Origin: Octopus vulgaris
Taxonomy: Eukaryota
Reading direction: 5' to 3'
DNA: 64,000 nucleotides
Assembly (NCBI GenBank): GCA_951406725.2
Contig: OX597821.1
Span: forward strand, 4,216,001-4,280,000
Shown piece by piece: positions 40,993-55,690 of the stretch. Below the pieces are notes generated by a model. That model worked only from the letters and a program-made list of their open reading frames with translations, was not told where the DNA came from and ran no database searches. A program made the translations under genes and the position numbers. Position 1 is the stretch's first letter. Each line of letters begins with the position of its first letter.

Positions 40993-41874
40993 GTGCATAT
41001 AATTGAAGAAAACGATTAAATACAGTACTACGTTCTACGCAAGTTTCACAAGCAGAAAACTTGGAAAAAAATTTTTATAAATAAAATCTTAAGTCAAGAA
41101 GGGATCATAAACTCGTGAATTGGATATTTTTCAGCGCTGGAAAATGTCTGGAAAGCTTTGCATTCATCCATTACTTTATTTTTCCATCATTTATTTATCT
41201 TATTACATACTTAGCAGTAAAGAGTTGTCTTAATCTCGTATTTTATGACGTTTGTTACCTTATCTGAATTATTTTATTAAATCTGATATAGTGTATCTCA
41301 TATCAGTTTTAATAAATATTATCGTTCGACTGTTTTCCCTTTGTATATTCTACACATGTATATGTTAGATGATAAACTGACATCGATCGACGGGATGTTA
41401 CTGACCACACCCACCCACCCACCCACACACACACGCACGCACACACATCATTGTGTGTTTGTGTCAAAAGCTTGAGTTATATTTCATCCGTTACTTTGGA
41501 GCGTTCCAAAGGGCGATTTCTAAAGAAGATTCTTCATATTTTGCTTGTAGCTTACTGGCGTAAGATAAGTATTTAGCCGTTCATCTTACATATTCTAATT
41601 AATATTGTTTAATGTTACTTGCCAATCTACTTAATCACATCTTACAGCTAAAATATGCAAACACACTCCTTGGTGCCCAACTTGCCTACAACATTATGTG
41701 CATTTATAGACATCATTTTTACTTGTGTGTGTGCATCTATTATATTATTTATATTTTCTTTTATTATTAAAATCATTATTACTATTGTGTGCTTATTAAC
41801 TATAGGATTATCGGCGGTAGTTCAAGAATTAAAGCAGTAATATATTTCTTCGGAAGTTACAAGTTATGGCTACA

Positions 41875-44575
41875 CATTGCCCACCAGATGCCCCAAATCA
41901 CACAGGCAAGTTTGACGATGGCCCCACAAGAATTAAAGAAATCCTCATGAATCTGGAACACCACGTGACCATATTTCTTATGGGTGATTCCCCAACGTCA
42001 AATGGCCCGAAGGTCACATACTCTCAGGAATGAATCATTGCAAGTAAGTACAAGTGGAGTCCCTGCTCAACCTCACCAATGCCTTATTCATGGAGCAAGT
42101 TGTACTTAAGCCAACTAGGGCGAATAACATTCTGGATCTCTGCTTCACAAACAATATGGACATCATTCATGATGTGAAAGTGACACCGACATCAGTTTCG
42201 GATCACAACATAATAGAGCTGTCTATGTTTGGGCCAAAAGTAACCAGAGACATACAGCCTAAAGGAAGCACCCGAAATCTATACAATCTGAACTTCCACA
42301 AAGCAGATTGGAAATCGATCCAAAAAGAGAGCCTCAGAGAGGACTGGCCGGAATGTCTCTCCACACCAGACGTTGACCTGAAACTAGAATGCTTCATGTC
42401 TTCTGTGCAAGCCGTATGCCAGAAATATGTCCCAGAGCACAAGGCCAAAACAAATAGGAGCAATATTCCAAGAGACAGGAAGATTCTCATGAGACGACGG
42501 ACGATGGTTGCAAATCGTCTCAACCAACATCCCAAAAGTAGCGAAACGTCCGCCTAAAAACAACACTGATGGAGATGGAAAAAAGACTGCAACAATCCTA
42601 TGTGAAGGAGAAAGCAGACAAAGAAGCCTGGGTTATAAAAAACATTAAATCAAACCCAAAGGCCTTCTTTCATTACGCGAAAGAAACAGTCTCAGTGCAC
42701 TACAAGATAGGATCCCTCCTCCACAAGGATGGCTCCCTTACAGACAGTCAAACTAAGATCAGTGAGATGCTGAATGACCAGTTCAAAATTGTCTTTACCA
42801 CCCCGTTGGAACGCAGGCAAGTGAACGAACCAGTGGACTTCTTTGCCGCCTCACCTATAACCAGCGAGGCGGTTACAATACAATGTATTGACATTAGCGA
42901 AAAAGATGTCCTACTAGCCATAGATGAAGGGGACACAAACTCAACTGCTTCTCCAGATGCTTTCCCAGCCATCCTCCTCAAAGCGTGTAAGCATGCCCTG
43001 GCAAAACTCCCCAAGATTCTCTTCCAGAGCTTTCTTGCGAATGGCAAAGTGCCAAGCAACCTGAAGGAGGGAATAATATGCCCAATACATAAAGTGGGAA
43101 GTAGAGCCGATGCCAAAAACTATAGGCCTATCTCTCTGACTTCACACCTCAGCAAAGTCATGGAAAGGATAATTAGAAAGAAACTAATCGCATTCCTTGA
43201 GGAAAATAACGTGCTGAGTGATACCCAGCATGGTTTTCGACCAGGTAGGAGCTGCCTGACCCAGCTCTTACATCATTATGACTGGGTGTTGAGACAGTTA
43301 CTCAACAAATCAAATGTGGACGTAATCTACCTTGATTTTGCAAAAGACTATGACAAGGTGGTTCACGGTATGATATGCCACAAACTGCGGACCTCGGCAT
43401 AGGCGGAAAACTTGGAGTGTGGTTGCATGACTTCCTGAAAGATAGGAGTCAGGCAGTAGTGGTTAATGGAGCCACCTCTATGAACACACAAATAGTGAGC
43501 GGTGTTCCACAGGGCACTGTCTTGGGACCACTGCTTTTTATAGTGGCCCTCTCAGATATGCCCTCAAATGCCCGAATAGCCTCTCTGGCCAGCTATGCAG
43601 ACGATACGAAAGTCTTGCAGAAAATACAGAACCCCGGCGATGTTGCACACATGCATCAGGAGTTGGATACAATCTACAGATGGGCTGAGGATAATAATAT
43701 GCAGTTTAATGCTGAAAAATTCCAGGCCCTGCGCTACCAACATCCAAAACTGAATATTAAACTTACAGGATACACCGGTCCACAGGGAATTTCAATCCCA
43801 GAGCCTAAGTCTGTGAGGGACCTGGTTATCGTCATGAGTGATGATACCTCTTTCCAAGTGCACATTACCAGGATGGGGACAAAGTGCAGACGACTGGCTG
43901 GGTGGATCCTAAGAACATTCAGAACCAGAGATAAGGAAACCATGATGGTCCTCTGGCGGACATTCGTCCTCAGCCGCCTGGATTACTGCTCACAGCTATG
44001 GTCACCCACCAGTGTAAAATTAACAGCGAACCGTGAAGAAATCCAGAGAAGATTCACAAAGAAGATCGTCTCTTTGCAACTGCTCAGCTAATGGGAAAGT
44101 TTGAAACAGCTAAGTCTCTACTCCCTGGAGTGAAGACGGGAGAGTTATGCAGAAATATATGTCTGGAAGATCCTGGAAGGAAGTGTGCCAAATTTTAACA
44201 TTGTAAGCTACACCAATGCTAGAACGGGACGACACTGCATAGTGCCAAAGATCCCAGAAATGCCATCAGGCTTCAAGACCAGCTTCTGCTACAGCCTGAG
44301 TTTCAAGGGCGCACAGCTTTTTAATATCCTCACAAAGAGTCTGAGGAACTTGCACAAAGTAGATGTAGTGGTTTTTAAATCAAAGCTGGACATCTTCCTG
44401 TCAAGAGCCCCAGATGAACCTACCTCACGGCAAGAGGTGCAAATGAGATTAGCTATATCAAACTCCATTCTTCACCAAGTGCCACATATTAGACGATGTT
44501 CGTCGTAATAACAGTGTAGAACAAAACGGCGGTGCATCAGCATGGCCGCAGCTCTGAGCTGAAAATAGAAAAAAA
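41875..44575 (+). mobile_element. 5'-truncated CR1-type LINE, ORF2 pseudogene
   Basis: ORFs 42054-44508 give LDLCF/SDH, NYRPISL, QHGF, YADD and the C-terminus, with stops and frameshifts; 3' motif ggcggtgcatcagcatggccgcagctctgagctgaaa. Confidence 0.97.
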
Positions 44576-44585
44576 AATATATATA

Positions 44586-44628
<43 letters not shown>

Positions 44629-44755
44629 GTATATATATTTTTATATGCATATATATATGTATATTTATATGTATATATATATATTTATATGTATATATTT
44701 ACATATATATATATGTTTATATGCATATATTTATATATATTTATGTATATATAGT

Positions 44756-44786
<31 letters not shown>

Positions 44787-45466
44787 TTACATATATTTAT
44801 ATATATTGATATATATATATATTTATATATATATATATATATATACATACATATATATATATACATATATATATATACATCAATATAAATATATATATAT
44901 GTTTGTGACTATGCGTGTGTATGTGGTGTGTGTATAGTCCTGCAAGTGTGTGATGTGTGTAGATACGTGACGATGTATGAACGACAGTGATATGTTTGTA
45001 TATTCAGAATTAGAAAATCAGAAGAATTATTTCTAAAAAATTATCAGTATTATATATGAAACGTACATACTTACTTACTTCGAACTATAAACATCAAAAT
45101 TTGAATATTTTAAGTCTGAACAACTTTTCTACAAACGCAAATACATACATCTTATGTATATGTTCATATATATATAATAGTGTGTGTGTGTGTGTAAGTG
45201 TCTTCTCGTGTGGTGAAGCTATAAGATCTTGTTGCCTCTGAAATTGGATAACATCCGTAATTATACAAAAGAGCAGTATTCAAAGAACTTATGGAAATAC
45301 GATAACAAATTATCAACAATAACAAAAAAATAAAACAAAAAAAACTAAAAACAACGTAGCTGCGTCAACATCAGCAACACCTGTTTAAAGAATATATCCG
45401 AGGAATATCAATTTTGATATATGCGTATATGTATATGTATATGCAGGTGTATATATGCATATATAA

Positions 45467-45561
<95 letters not shown>

Positions 45562-45564
45562 CAT

Positions 45565-45606
<42 letters not shown>

Positions 45607-45675
45607 TATATATATATACATATATACATATATATATACATATATATATATATAAATATATATACATATGCATAT

Positions 45676-45723
<48 letters not shown>

Positions 45724-45878
45724 TTATATATATTTACATGTATACACAATTAAAGGCATACACATTAATATACCTGTGTGTTTTCATAAGCGCGTATGTG
45801 TTCGCACCTCAATTTTCGTGTTTGTATGAGGATATGTATAAAACGGAGCATTTATGAGATATATACCATATATATATA

Positions 45879-45921
<43 letters not shown>

Positions 45922-45937
45922 TGTATGTGCGTGTGTA

Positions 45938-45971
<34 letters not shown>

Positions 45972-46311
45972 TGTGTGTGTTTATATATATATATATATAA
46001 TTATGTTAAGCAAACCATATTTCCAGAAGTACTGGCTGGACTAAAAGGAAAATAGTTAAAAAGGCAAAAGAAACAATGTCGACGACGAGGCTAATTTACA
46101 CCACCAAAGGTGTCTGTAGCCATCTTTAGTTGCTATCGTGTTTAAAACAGATATATCTTCAGTTTTTTGTTGTCTTTGTTTGTTGTATTCTTCATATTTT
46201 ATATTTTTAGTGTTTTTCGTTAGATGATGCTTTTCTTCTATTGGCTAGGGAAATTAGTCAGTGATGAAATAACCTAGGAGATGCCAATATATTCATGTTA
46301 TGAATAAAAAA

Positions 46312-46326
46312 TTATTATCATTATTA

Positions 46327-46424
<98 letters not shown>

Positions 46425-46425
46425 G
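46312..46425. repeat. (ATT)n microsatellite
   Basis: Visible. Confidence 0.97.
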
Positions 46426-46837
46426 ATAGCTGTAAGAATTACAATAAGAAAGTAAATAATAATGATGACAATAATGAGAATAGTAACAATAAACTGATAA
46501 TAATAAGAATAATATTATTAAAAATAATGATCGTAACAATAATAGTAATAAAAATATCGGTCAATTATACGGAAGAAAACAAACAATAAACACAAGGAGG
46601 ACGAGGAGGAGGAGGCGATGATGATGAAGAAGAAGAAGAAAAAGGAGAGGAAGAGGAAGAAGAAGAAGAAAGTGTAAAAGAAGGATAACATCAAAAATAA
46701 TTGTAGAGGAATACTAATGAGAATTGAGCAATAAACAAACATAAACAAAATCATAAAACTAATATGCAAAGAGTGACCGTTAGTTTGATGTATCAAAACA
46801 GTTCCATTGAGAATATACACACATATATATATATACG

Positions 46838-46904
<67 letters not shown>

Positions 46905-46936
46905 ATATATATATATATTTACATATATATATATAC

Positions 46937-47024
<88 letters not shown>

Positions 47025-47114
47025 TATAAACATATATATGTCCATATATATATACATATATATACATATATATATATATATATATTTACATATATATATA
47101 TAACATATATATAC

Positions 47115-47149
<35 letters not shown>

Positions 47150-47192
47150 CATATATATATAGGTATACACATTTACATATACATATATATAT

Positions 47193-47254
<62 letters not shown>

Positions 47255-47316
47255 CGTATATTTCTCTTGAATGAAACAGTTCTAGTCCTGTAGAAGCTCC
47301 TTCTATATAATAAATA

Positions 47317-47353
<37 letters not shown>

Positions 47354-47364
47354 TTAAATCCTTT

Positions 47365-48935
47365 AAAATGTTTTAGATCGAAGGCCGCGGCCATGCTGGT
47401 GCACCACCAATGAGTGAGTTACGCTAATATGTGAATCCACCTCTGATGCATGGCACTTGGTCAACAAGGGAGTTCGATGCCGCTGCCCGCATCTGTGACT
47501 CCTGTCGTGATCTAGGTTCATCTGGGACCCCCGACAAGAAGAGATCCAGTTTAGTTTTAAAGAAACCCACATACACACCATGTAAGTCTCTCAGGCATTT
47601 AGGGAGGATGTTAAAGAGCAGTGGTCCTCTGAAACCCAAGCTGTTGCAGTATCTGGACCTGTATATTGATGGTGATGTTGGAATCTTTGGCACTATGCAG
47701 TGGCGCCCCGTTCAGCGGATAGGGTAACTTTGAATGCCAAAGTTTAGGACAAGATCCTCCAGGATTTTCCAGATGTATATCACCGCATATGTCTCCCGCC
47801 TTCCTTCTAGGGAGAAGAGGTTTAATACTTTCAGTCTTTCCCAGTAGCTGATATTTTGCATTCAGATGATCTTCTTTGTGTTAGCGTATTTGAATTGCTT
47901 CGTGGTCTGCTGTTAGTTTTATATTGTGTGGTGACCATTGTTGGGAGCAGTAGCCGAAGCGGCTGAGGACGAATGTTTTCCATAGGACCATCAGCGTCTC
48001 TTTCTGTCTTGTTCTGAAAGTTCGGAGAATCCATCCAGCTAACCGTCTGCGTTTTATCACAAGATTAGTGATATGCATTTGGAAAGATGCATCATTGCAC
48101 ATGTCAATGCCAAGGTCCAACTCCTGGTGCTGATGCGCAACATTTTCGGGGTTTTGTATTGTGTGAGAGACAAAAGAGTCATCTGCAGCGCTAGCAAGGG
48201 TGGCCATCGTAGCAACTGAAGGCATGTCTGAAAGGGCCTCTATGAACAGCAGTTGCCCCCAAGACAGTGCCCTGTGGAACACCGCTTGTTATTTGTGTTT
48301 CCTTGGACGTGGCTCCATTGCTAACTACTGCCTGTCTTCTGTTTTTTAGGAATTTACGCAGCCACTCTCCAACTTTACCGCCTAAGCGAGACCACGCAGT
48401 TTGTGACAGATCATACCGTGGTCGACTTTATCAAAGGCCTTTGCAAAGTCGAGATGTATTACATCCAAATTTGAGCCATTTAGTAGCTGTTTTAAGACCC
48501 AATCATAGTGCTGCAGGAGCTGTGTTAGGCAGCTTCTACCTGGTCGAAATCCATGCTGGGTGTCAGACAGCAAGTCATTTTCTTCAAGGAACATGATTAG
48601 TTTTTTGCGGACTATTCGTTCTATGACTTTTCTGATGTGTGAGGTCAGAGAAATAGGCCTATAAAGTTTAGCATCTGCTCTGCTACCTCCCTCATGGATA
48701 GGGCATATTACCCCCTCTTTCATTTTGACTGGGAGCTTACCACTTGCAATAAAGCTCTGAAAAAGAAGCTGTAGACGTTTTGCAAGGGCTCGTTTGCTCG
48801 ATTTGAGAAGGATCGTTGGAAATCCATAAGGTCCTTAGATGAATATATGTATATATAGTTATATAGATGAAAGAGGCAAAAATTGAGTACGTCAACATTG
48901 AAGATGATGATATCACACTTGCCATAGATGAAAAT
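47365..48935 (-). mobile_element. CR1-type LINE (distinct subfamily), 5'-truncated with inverted 5' piece
   Basis: RT motifs in ORFs 47424-48723; 48873-48935 reads EAKIEYVNIEDDDITLAIDE on the plus strand. Confidence 0.93.
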
Positions 48936-48954
48936 ATACATATATTTTTTTTTT

Positions 48955-51081
48955 ATCTAGTTTCAGCTCACAAGCTGTGGCCATGCTGGGGCACCGCCAT
49001 TTGGTGTTGCTGCATGATTTGACTTCACGAATACTTTTTAGCAATTGCCATTTGGTGCTTGAGAGAGTTCGATGCAGCTGCCCTCATCTGCACCTCCTGC
49101 CGTGAAGTTGGTTCATCTGGGACACCTTACAAAAAGAGATCCAGTTTTATTTTAAAGACATCTGCATCCAACCCATGCAGGTCTCTTAGGTTCTTCGGGA
49201 GGATATTGAAGAGCTGTGGGCCTCGGAAGCCCAGGCTATCACAGTACCTGTCCTACATCTTGATGGCAAATTTGGAGTCCTTGGCACTATGCAGTGGCGC
49301 CCAGTTCTGCCATTCGTGTAACTCTCGATGCCAAAGTTTGGGACAAGTCTTTCTAGGATCTTCCAGATGTATATTATGACGTATCTTTCTCGCCTACGCT
49401 CTAAGGAATAGAGTCTTATCTCTTGAGTCTTTCTCAGTAGATTATATGCTGCACAGAGGCTATCTTCTTCGTGCAGCTTCGTCGGATCGCCTCAAGTTCT
49501 GTGATTAACTTGACACTGGATGGTGACCATAGCTGAGAGCAATAGTCAAAGTGGCTTAGAACAAGTGTCCGCCACAGGACCATCATGGTTTCCTGGTCTC
49601 TTGTTCTAAAGGTTCTAAGAATACATCTGATCAGCCGTCTATATTTCATTGACAATTTAGCAACACGCACATGAAAGGTTGCATCATCACTCGTGTAAAT
49701 ACCAAGGTCTCGCACTGACTGTGCCTCTGGGATTGCAATCCCTCCAGGTCCAGTGTATTTATTGGGTATTGCATTTAGTTTAGCATGCTGATAGCATAAA
49801 GCTTGAAACTTTTCAGCATTGAACTGCATGCTATTCTTTTCAGCCCACCTGTATATTTTGTCCAGCTCACATTGCAGGTGCATAGTGTCTGTGTAACTTT
49901 TGTATCATCTGCATAACTTGTGATCGTGGCTCTCTGCGTGGCTGAGGGCATGTCTTAGAGGGCCATTATGAAGAGTAGTGTTCCCAAAACAGTGCCTTGC
50001 GGAACACCGCTCACCATTTGTGTGTTAATGAAAGTTGCCACATTGGCTACTACCAACTGACTTCTATCCTTCAGAAAGTCATGAAGCCATTCTCCAAATT
50101 TCCCAACTATACCAAGATCACGCAGTTTGTGACATATCATTCCAAGCTCTGAAAGAGGAACTGCAGTGGTCTTGCTAGGACTCTCTTACATACTTTTAGA
50201 AGGATTGCTGGGAATCCATCGGGGCCAGTAACTGAGTTTTTTTTTTTTCATTTCATCTATAGCATTATTTCATCATCATCCTTTATATTGATGTAATCAA
50301 TCATCGCTGCCTCTGATTCTATATCTGCAGTGGTAAAGAAGTCAGTTGGATTGCTGACTTGAAAATGTCCTAGGGGTGGAGTGAAAATACACTTGAATTA
50401 CTCATTTAGTATTTCACTTACTCTCATTGGATTTCCTGTAAGTGTGCCATCCTTTTAAAGAGGTGGCCCTACAGAGCACCGTATCTGTTTCTTTGGCATA
50501 CCTGTAGAAAGCTCTGGGTTAGATTTTATGCTGTCTTTAGCCCAGGTTTCTTTGTCTGCTCTTCTTTTTCATGGGAGAGTTGCAGAAATTTTTCAATTTC
50601 CAACAGTTTTATTTTCAGGCGAGACTTATCACTGCTTTCAATTTGTTTGTTTAGGCGATTTGAAACTTTTGTACGCCGTCTCATTAAAATGTTCCTCTCT
50701 CTGGGGATTTTGCTCTTGTGTACAGTGGCCTTTCTCTCTGGGACACATTTGCAGCATATGGCTTGCATTACAGACATGAATTGTTGAAGTTTCATGCCGA
50801 TGTCTGGCGAGGAGATTCATTCAAGCCAGTTTTGTTTGAGGATCTCTTTCTCAATTTGTTTCCAGTTTGACTTATGGAAGTTCAAGCTGGAAAGATTCTG
50901 AGAGTTTCTTGTAGGCTGCATGTCCACGCTTTCCTTTGGCGCGTACATGGTTAGCTCTACAATGTTGTGATCCGAGAGTAGTGTCGGTGTCACTTTCACA
51001 TTATGGATGAGATCCATATTATTTGTGAAGCAGAGATCCAGTGTGTTACCTGCCCTGGTCGGTGGGAGTATTACTTGCTCC

Positions 51082-51083
<2 letters not shown>
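48955..51083 (-). mobile_element. CR1-type LINE, 5'-truncated, internal deletion
   Basis: Close match to 15440-17930; at ~50143 it jumps from the 16650-equivalent to the 16985-equivalent position. Confidence 0.97.
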
Positions 51084-51121
<38 letters not shown>

Positions 51122-51146
51122 GTATATATATATAAATCTATATGTA

Positions 51147-51196
<50 letters not shown>

Positions 51197-51510
51197 AATA
51201 TTTTATGTATATATGTATATATATATATATTTATATGTATATATGTATATATATATATTTATATGTATATATGTATATATATTTATATGTATATATATTA
51301 TATATATATATATGTATATATATTTTTATATGTATATATGTATATGTATATATATTTATATGTATATATGTATGTGTATATATATTTATATGTATATATA
51401 TGTATATACATATATATTTATATGTATATATGTACATATATATATTTATATGTATATATGTATATATATATATTTATATGTATATATGTATATATATATA
51501 TTTATATGTA

Positions 51511-51561
<51 letters not shown>

Positions 51562-51742
51562 TTATATATATTTATATAATTATATATATATATGTATAAA
51601 TATATATATATATTTATATGTATATATGTATATATATATTTATATGTATATATGTATATATATATTTATATGTATATATGTATATGTATATATTTATATG
51701 TATATATGTATATATATATATAAATATATATATTTATATGTA

Positions 51743-51773
<31 letters not shown>

Positions 51774-51866
51774 GTATATATGTATATATATATTTATATG
51801 TATATATATATATATATTTATATGTATATATGTATATATATATATATATAGATATATGTATATATA
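51084..51866. repeat. (TA)n array with recurring tttatatgtatatatg subunit
   Basis: Visible. Confidence 0.97.
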
Positions 51867-51985
51867 CTACACCTATAATTGGATTTATTTCATTCACAGA
51901 TAAAAAATTCTACGTAGATAGTTTGATAGATAGACAGATAGACCGATACATTAAGGGGAAAATAGAGATAGACAAACAGGCAGTC

Positions 51986-52104
<119 letters not shown>

Positions 52105-52853
52105 GATTGAAATATAGAGATACAAACATGGCGGTATCAGTTATTATATACCTTCCTTCCAGTCTTATTTGTCTGTTTGACAGTTTTATATATTTCATTT
52201 CTATAGCTAAGTTCGTATTTCACGCCTAGCCTAGCACTGCACATTACGTCAACTAAAAGAGTGTCTACGGGGAAATATTTCATGAATTTCAAAACGACTC
52301 CGATTTTCGGAGTGCTGACCATAGAAAATTGGCAATTATGTACAGTAAAATATATCACTGTTTCGAAAGGCACATATATGTACAAGCACACACGAATATA
52401 TTCACACGTACGGGTATAGGTCTGTGTGTGTATATATTTATACATAAATCACAAAGAAAATTACACACACAACCTGGCCTATATTACAATTTATATATTT
52501 CCACGCATACGAATATATATGTCATACATATATACATTTGTTGGTGTTTGTATGTGAGTGTCTATGTGTATGAGTGTGTCCGTGTATGTATACATATGTG
52601 TTTGTATGTACATCTATAAACATATATACATATAAGCATATATATATATATATATATATATATACACTCGTATATATATATAGACATGCACAAATACCTA
52701 TACAAACACCCATATATATATATATATATGTGTGTATATATATGTATATATAAGGATATATATAAATATATATACATACATACATACATACATACATAGA
52801 TACATACATACATACATACCTACATACCTACATACATACATACATGTATATTC

Positions 52854-53075
52854 GGTGGCAGAAACGTTAGCACTCCGGGCGAAATTCGTAGCCGTATTTC
52901 GTCTGTCGTTACGTTCAGAGTTTAAATTCCGCCGAGGTCGACTTTGCCTTTCATCATTTCGGGGTCGATAAGTTAAGTACCAGTTACGCACTGGAGTCGA
53001 TGTAATCGACTTAATCCGTTTGTCTGTCCTTCTTTGTCCCCTCTGTGTTTAGCCCCTTGTGGGTAGTAAAGAAAT
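52854..53075 (+). mobile_element. SINE family A copy
   Basis: Colinear match to 13750-13973. Confidence 0.93.
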
Positions 53076-53149
53076 ATGTATATCAATAGGAATGTGCCTA
53101 CTTATATTATGATTTACCGAAACTTGTATAAGCCGTTAAACACACACAG

Positions 53150-53249
<100 letters not shown>

Positions 53250-53558
53250 GCCAGGTCATTTTCATTCTATTAACCGTTCATTTTTCTACACCTTGGAAAT
53301 ATAAGTATAATCGATTCAGGATAATCATGAGTTTTTTTTTTTTTTTGACATCTCCTCCGGTAACGTAACACTATGATTATGGAATCTTTACTCAATATCA
53401 AGTTTCACATGCCGGACTATACATGAAACAGCTGTAAAAGAATTGTATTTTATCTTTATATTCCCATTTTAAATTAAATACTTTCCGAGTCATGCCAAAT
53501 ATTTAAATTTTCATTTTCTACTAAATTTCGTACACACAAAGACACATACACACACACC

Positions 53559-53629
<71 letters not shown>

Positions 53630-53636
53630 GTATATA

Positions 53637-53735
<99 letters not shown>

Positions 53736-53736
53736 G

Positions 53737-53783
<47 letters not shown>

Positions 53784-53789
53784 GTGTAT

Positions 53790-53830
<41 letters not shown>

Positions 53831-53859
53831 TATATATGTGTGTGTATATATATATATGT

Positions 53860-54265
53860 ATCTCTCTTTTCTCTTTTTACTTGTTTCAGTCATTTTGACA
53901 GCGGCCATGCGAGTGCACCGCCTTTAAACGAGTAACTCGACCCCGGGACTTATTCTTTGCAAGCCCAGTACTTTTTCTATCGGTCACTTTTGCCGAAGCG
54001 CCAAGTGATGGGGACATAAACACACCAGCATCGGTTGTCAAGCAATGCTAGGGGGACAAACACAGACACACAAATATACACGGACATACATATATATACA
54101 TATATATATACGACGGGATTTTTCAGTTTTTGTCTAAATCCACTCACAAGGCTTCTGTCGGCACGAGGCTATAGTAGAAGACACTTGCCCAAGGTGCCAC
54201 GCAGTGGGACTGAACCCGGAACCATGTAGTTGATAAACAAGCTACTTACCACACAGCCACTACAG
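53860..54265 (-). mobile_element. tRNA-derived SINE family B (CORE-like), near full length
   Basis: Minus strand: ggctgtgtggtaag (A box), gggttcagtccc (B box), gcaccttgggcaagtgtctt (CORE-like), internal TA/TG tract, CR1-like 3' tail. Confidence 0.9.
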
Positions 54266-54266
54266 C

Positions 54267-54390
<124 letters not shown>

Positions 54391-54394
54391 GCAT

Positions 54395-54575
54395 ATAATG
54401 GCCCAGTGGTTAGGCACTGGACTCGGGGTCGTAGGATCGCGGTTTCGATTCCCAGACCGGGCCTTGTGAGTGTTTATTGTGCGAAAACACCTAAAGCTCC
54501 ACTAGGCTCCGGCAGGGGGTGGTGACGATCCCTGCTGTACTCTTTAGCCAAAACTTTATCTCACTCTTTCTTTTG
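54395..54575 (+). mobile_element. tRNA-derived SINE family C, 5' part
   Basis: tggcccagtggttagg A box and ggtttcgattccc B box, followed by non-tRNA sequence. Confidence 0.7.
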
Positions 54576-54584
54576 TTGGCCTGC

Positions 54585-54680
54585 TCGTCTGTCGTTACGT
54601 TCCGTGTTCAAATTCCGCCGAGGTCGACTTTGCCTTTCATCCTTTCGGGGTCGATAAATTAAGTACCAGTTACGCACTAT
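54585..54680 (+). mobile_element. SINE family A internal fragment
   Basis: gttcaaattccgccgaggtcgactttgcctttcatcctttcggggtcgataaattaagtaccag identical to 13817-13880. Confidence 0.92.
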
Positions 54681-55410
54681 ATTCATATAGACAAAAATAG
54701 ACGCTCCTACAGAGAGAGAGAGGGGGAAGTGAGACAGGCAGACAGACAGAAACAGACAGGCAGAGACATAGAGTAGGAGAGTGATGGGGTACAATGCAGA
54801 ATGGCTAATGCTGAATATGATGCACCAATAAGGCGCCGCCAAAATGGTTGTGCAAAGCCGCTCATATGTATATGTACATAGAAAATAATTTGTTTTTGTA
54901 TGAATATGGGCTTCGCATTTATAAAGAAAGAAGTCTCCATAAAAGTATATACGCCATAATTATAAAGGAGTATAGCTAAACCGATGAGACATTTTAAAAT
55001 ATATTCACGATACTTATTCAGACAATATACGTAAAGTTTTCTATAGTTTGCCCAGACATATGTGAGTTTCTTGCAGCCACACTCCTTCGAAGATATCTAT
55101 AAATATATATTGCTTTCTTCGGCAGACAGAAATGAGATTGCTGTGCAGTTTTAAATATAATGGCGACGCGTGTGGAATGGATATCACATACCTGGACATT
55201 AATGACATCCTTTTATGAGTTTAGTTTGTCAATACATCCAATGATTATCTTAACCAGCCGAACCAGAAAAGCTACCAAAAAACACGTCTATAAGCATATT
55301 AACATATTTCATTATAATCTAAATCTATGTACCCTGAATTTGTCCTTGAAAACTCCTATTGCCTATTAGAGAGAGAGAGAGATACAAACATACATACATA
55401 TATATACATA

Positions 55411-55445
55411 TTGGCTAAACTAGCAAAATGACCATTCCGAAATAT

Positions 55446-55452
<7 letters not shown>
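55411..55452 (+). mobile_element. Penelope-like pLTR terminal fragment
   Basis: ttggctaaactagcaaaatgaccattccgaaatataacaata matches 59638-59679. Confidence 0.85.
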
Positions 55453-55483
<31 letters not shown>

Positions 55484-55488
<5 letters not shown>

Positions 55489-55690
55489 ATCCAAACATGA
55501 AAACACCAAGAGAAAATACAGCAACGCGAGGACATGGAATAAATATAGTATTATTGGACACTCAGGAAGGAAGGGAACACGGAGGGTTTTACATTTCGAG
55601 CGGAGCTCTTCGTCAGAAACATAGGAAAAGGAAAGATCCAGAGAAGGTAAGACGGAGGAAAAAAATCGCCAACGGTACACACGCGGTCCA
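55484..55690 (-). mobile_element. Short hammerhead-bearing element
   Basis: Homologous to 32451-32660. Confidence 0.82.
55586..55620 (-). ncRNA. Minimal type I hammerhead ribozyme motif (best-preserved core)
   Basis: GUUU-CUGACGA-A-GAGC-UCC-GCUC-GAAAU-GUA-AAAC: conserved CUGANGA and GAAA boxes, stems I and II, NUH triplet. Confidence 0.7.

Noticed and set aside
54395-54470. tRNA gene
   Set aside because: A/B boxes present, but no convincing cloverleaf and it runs into SINE body sequence.
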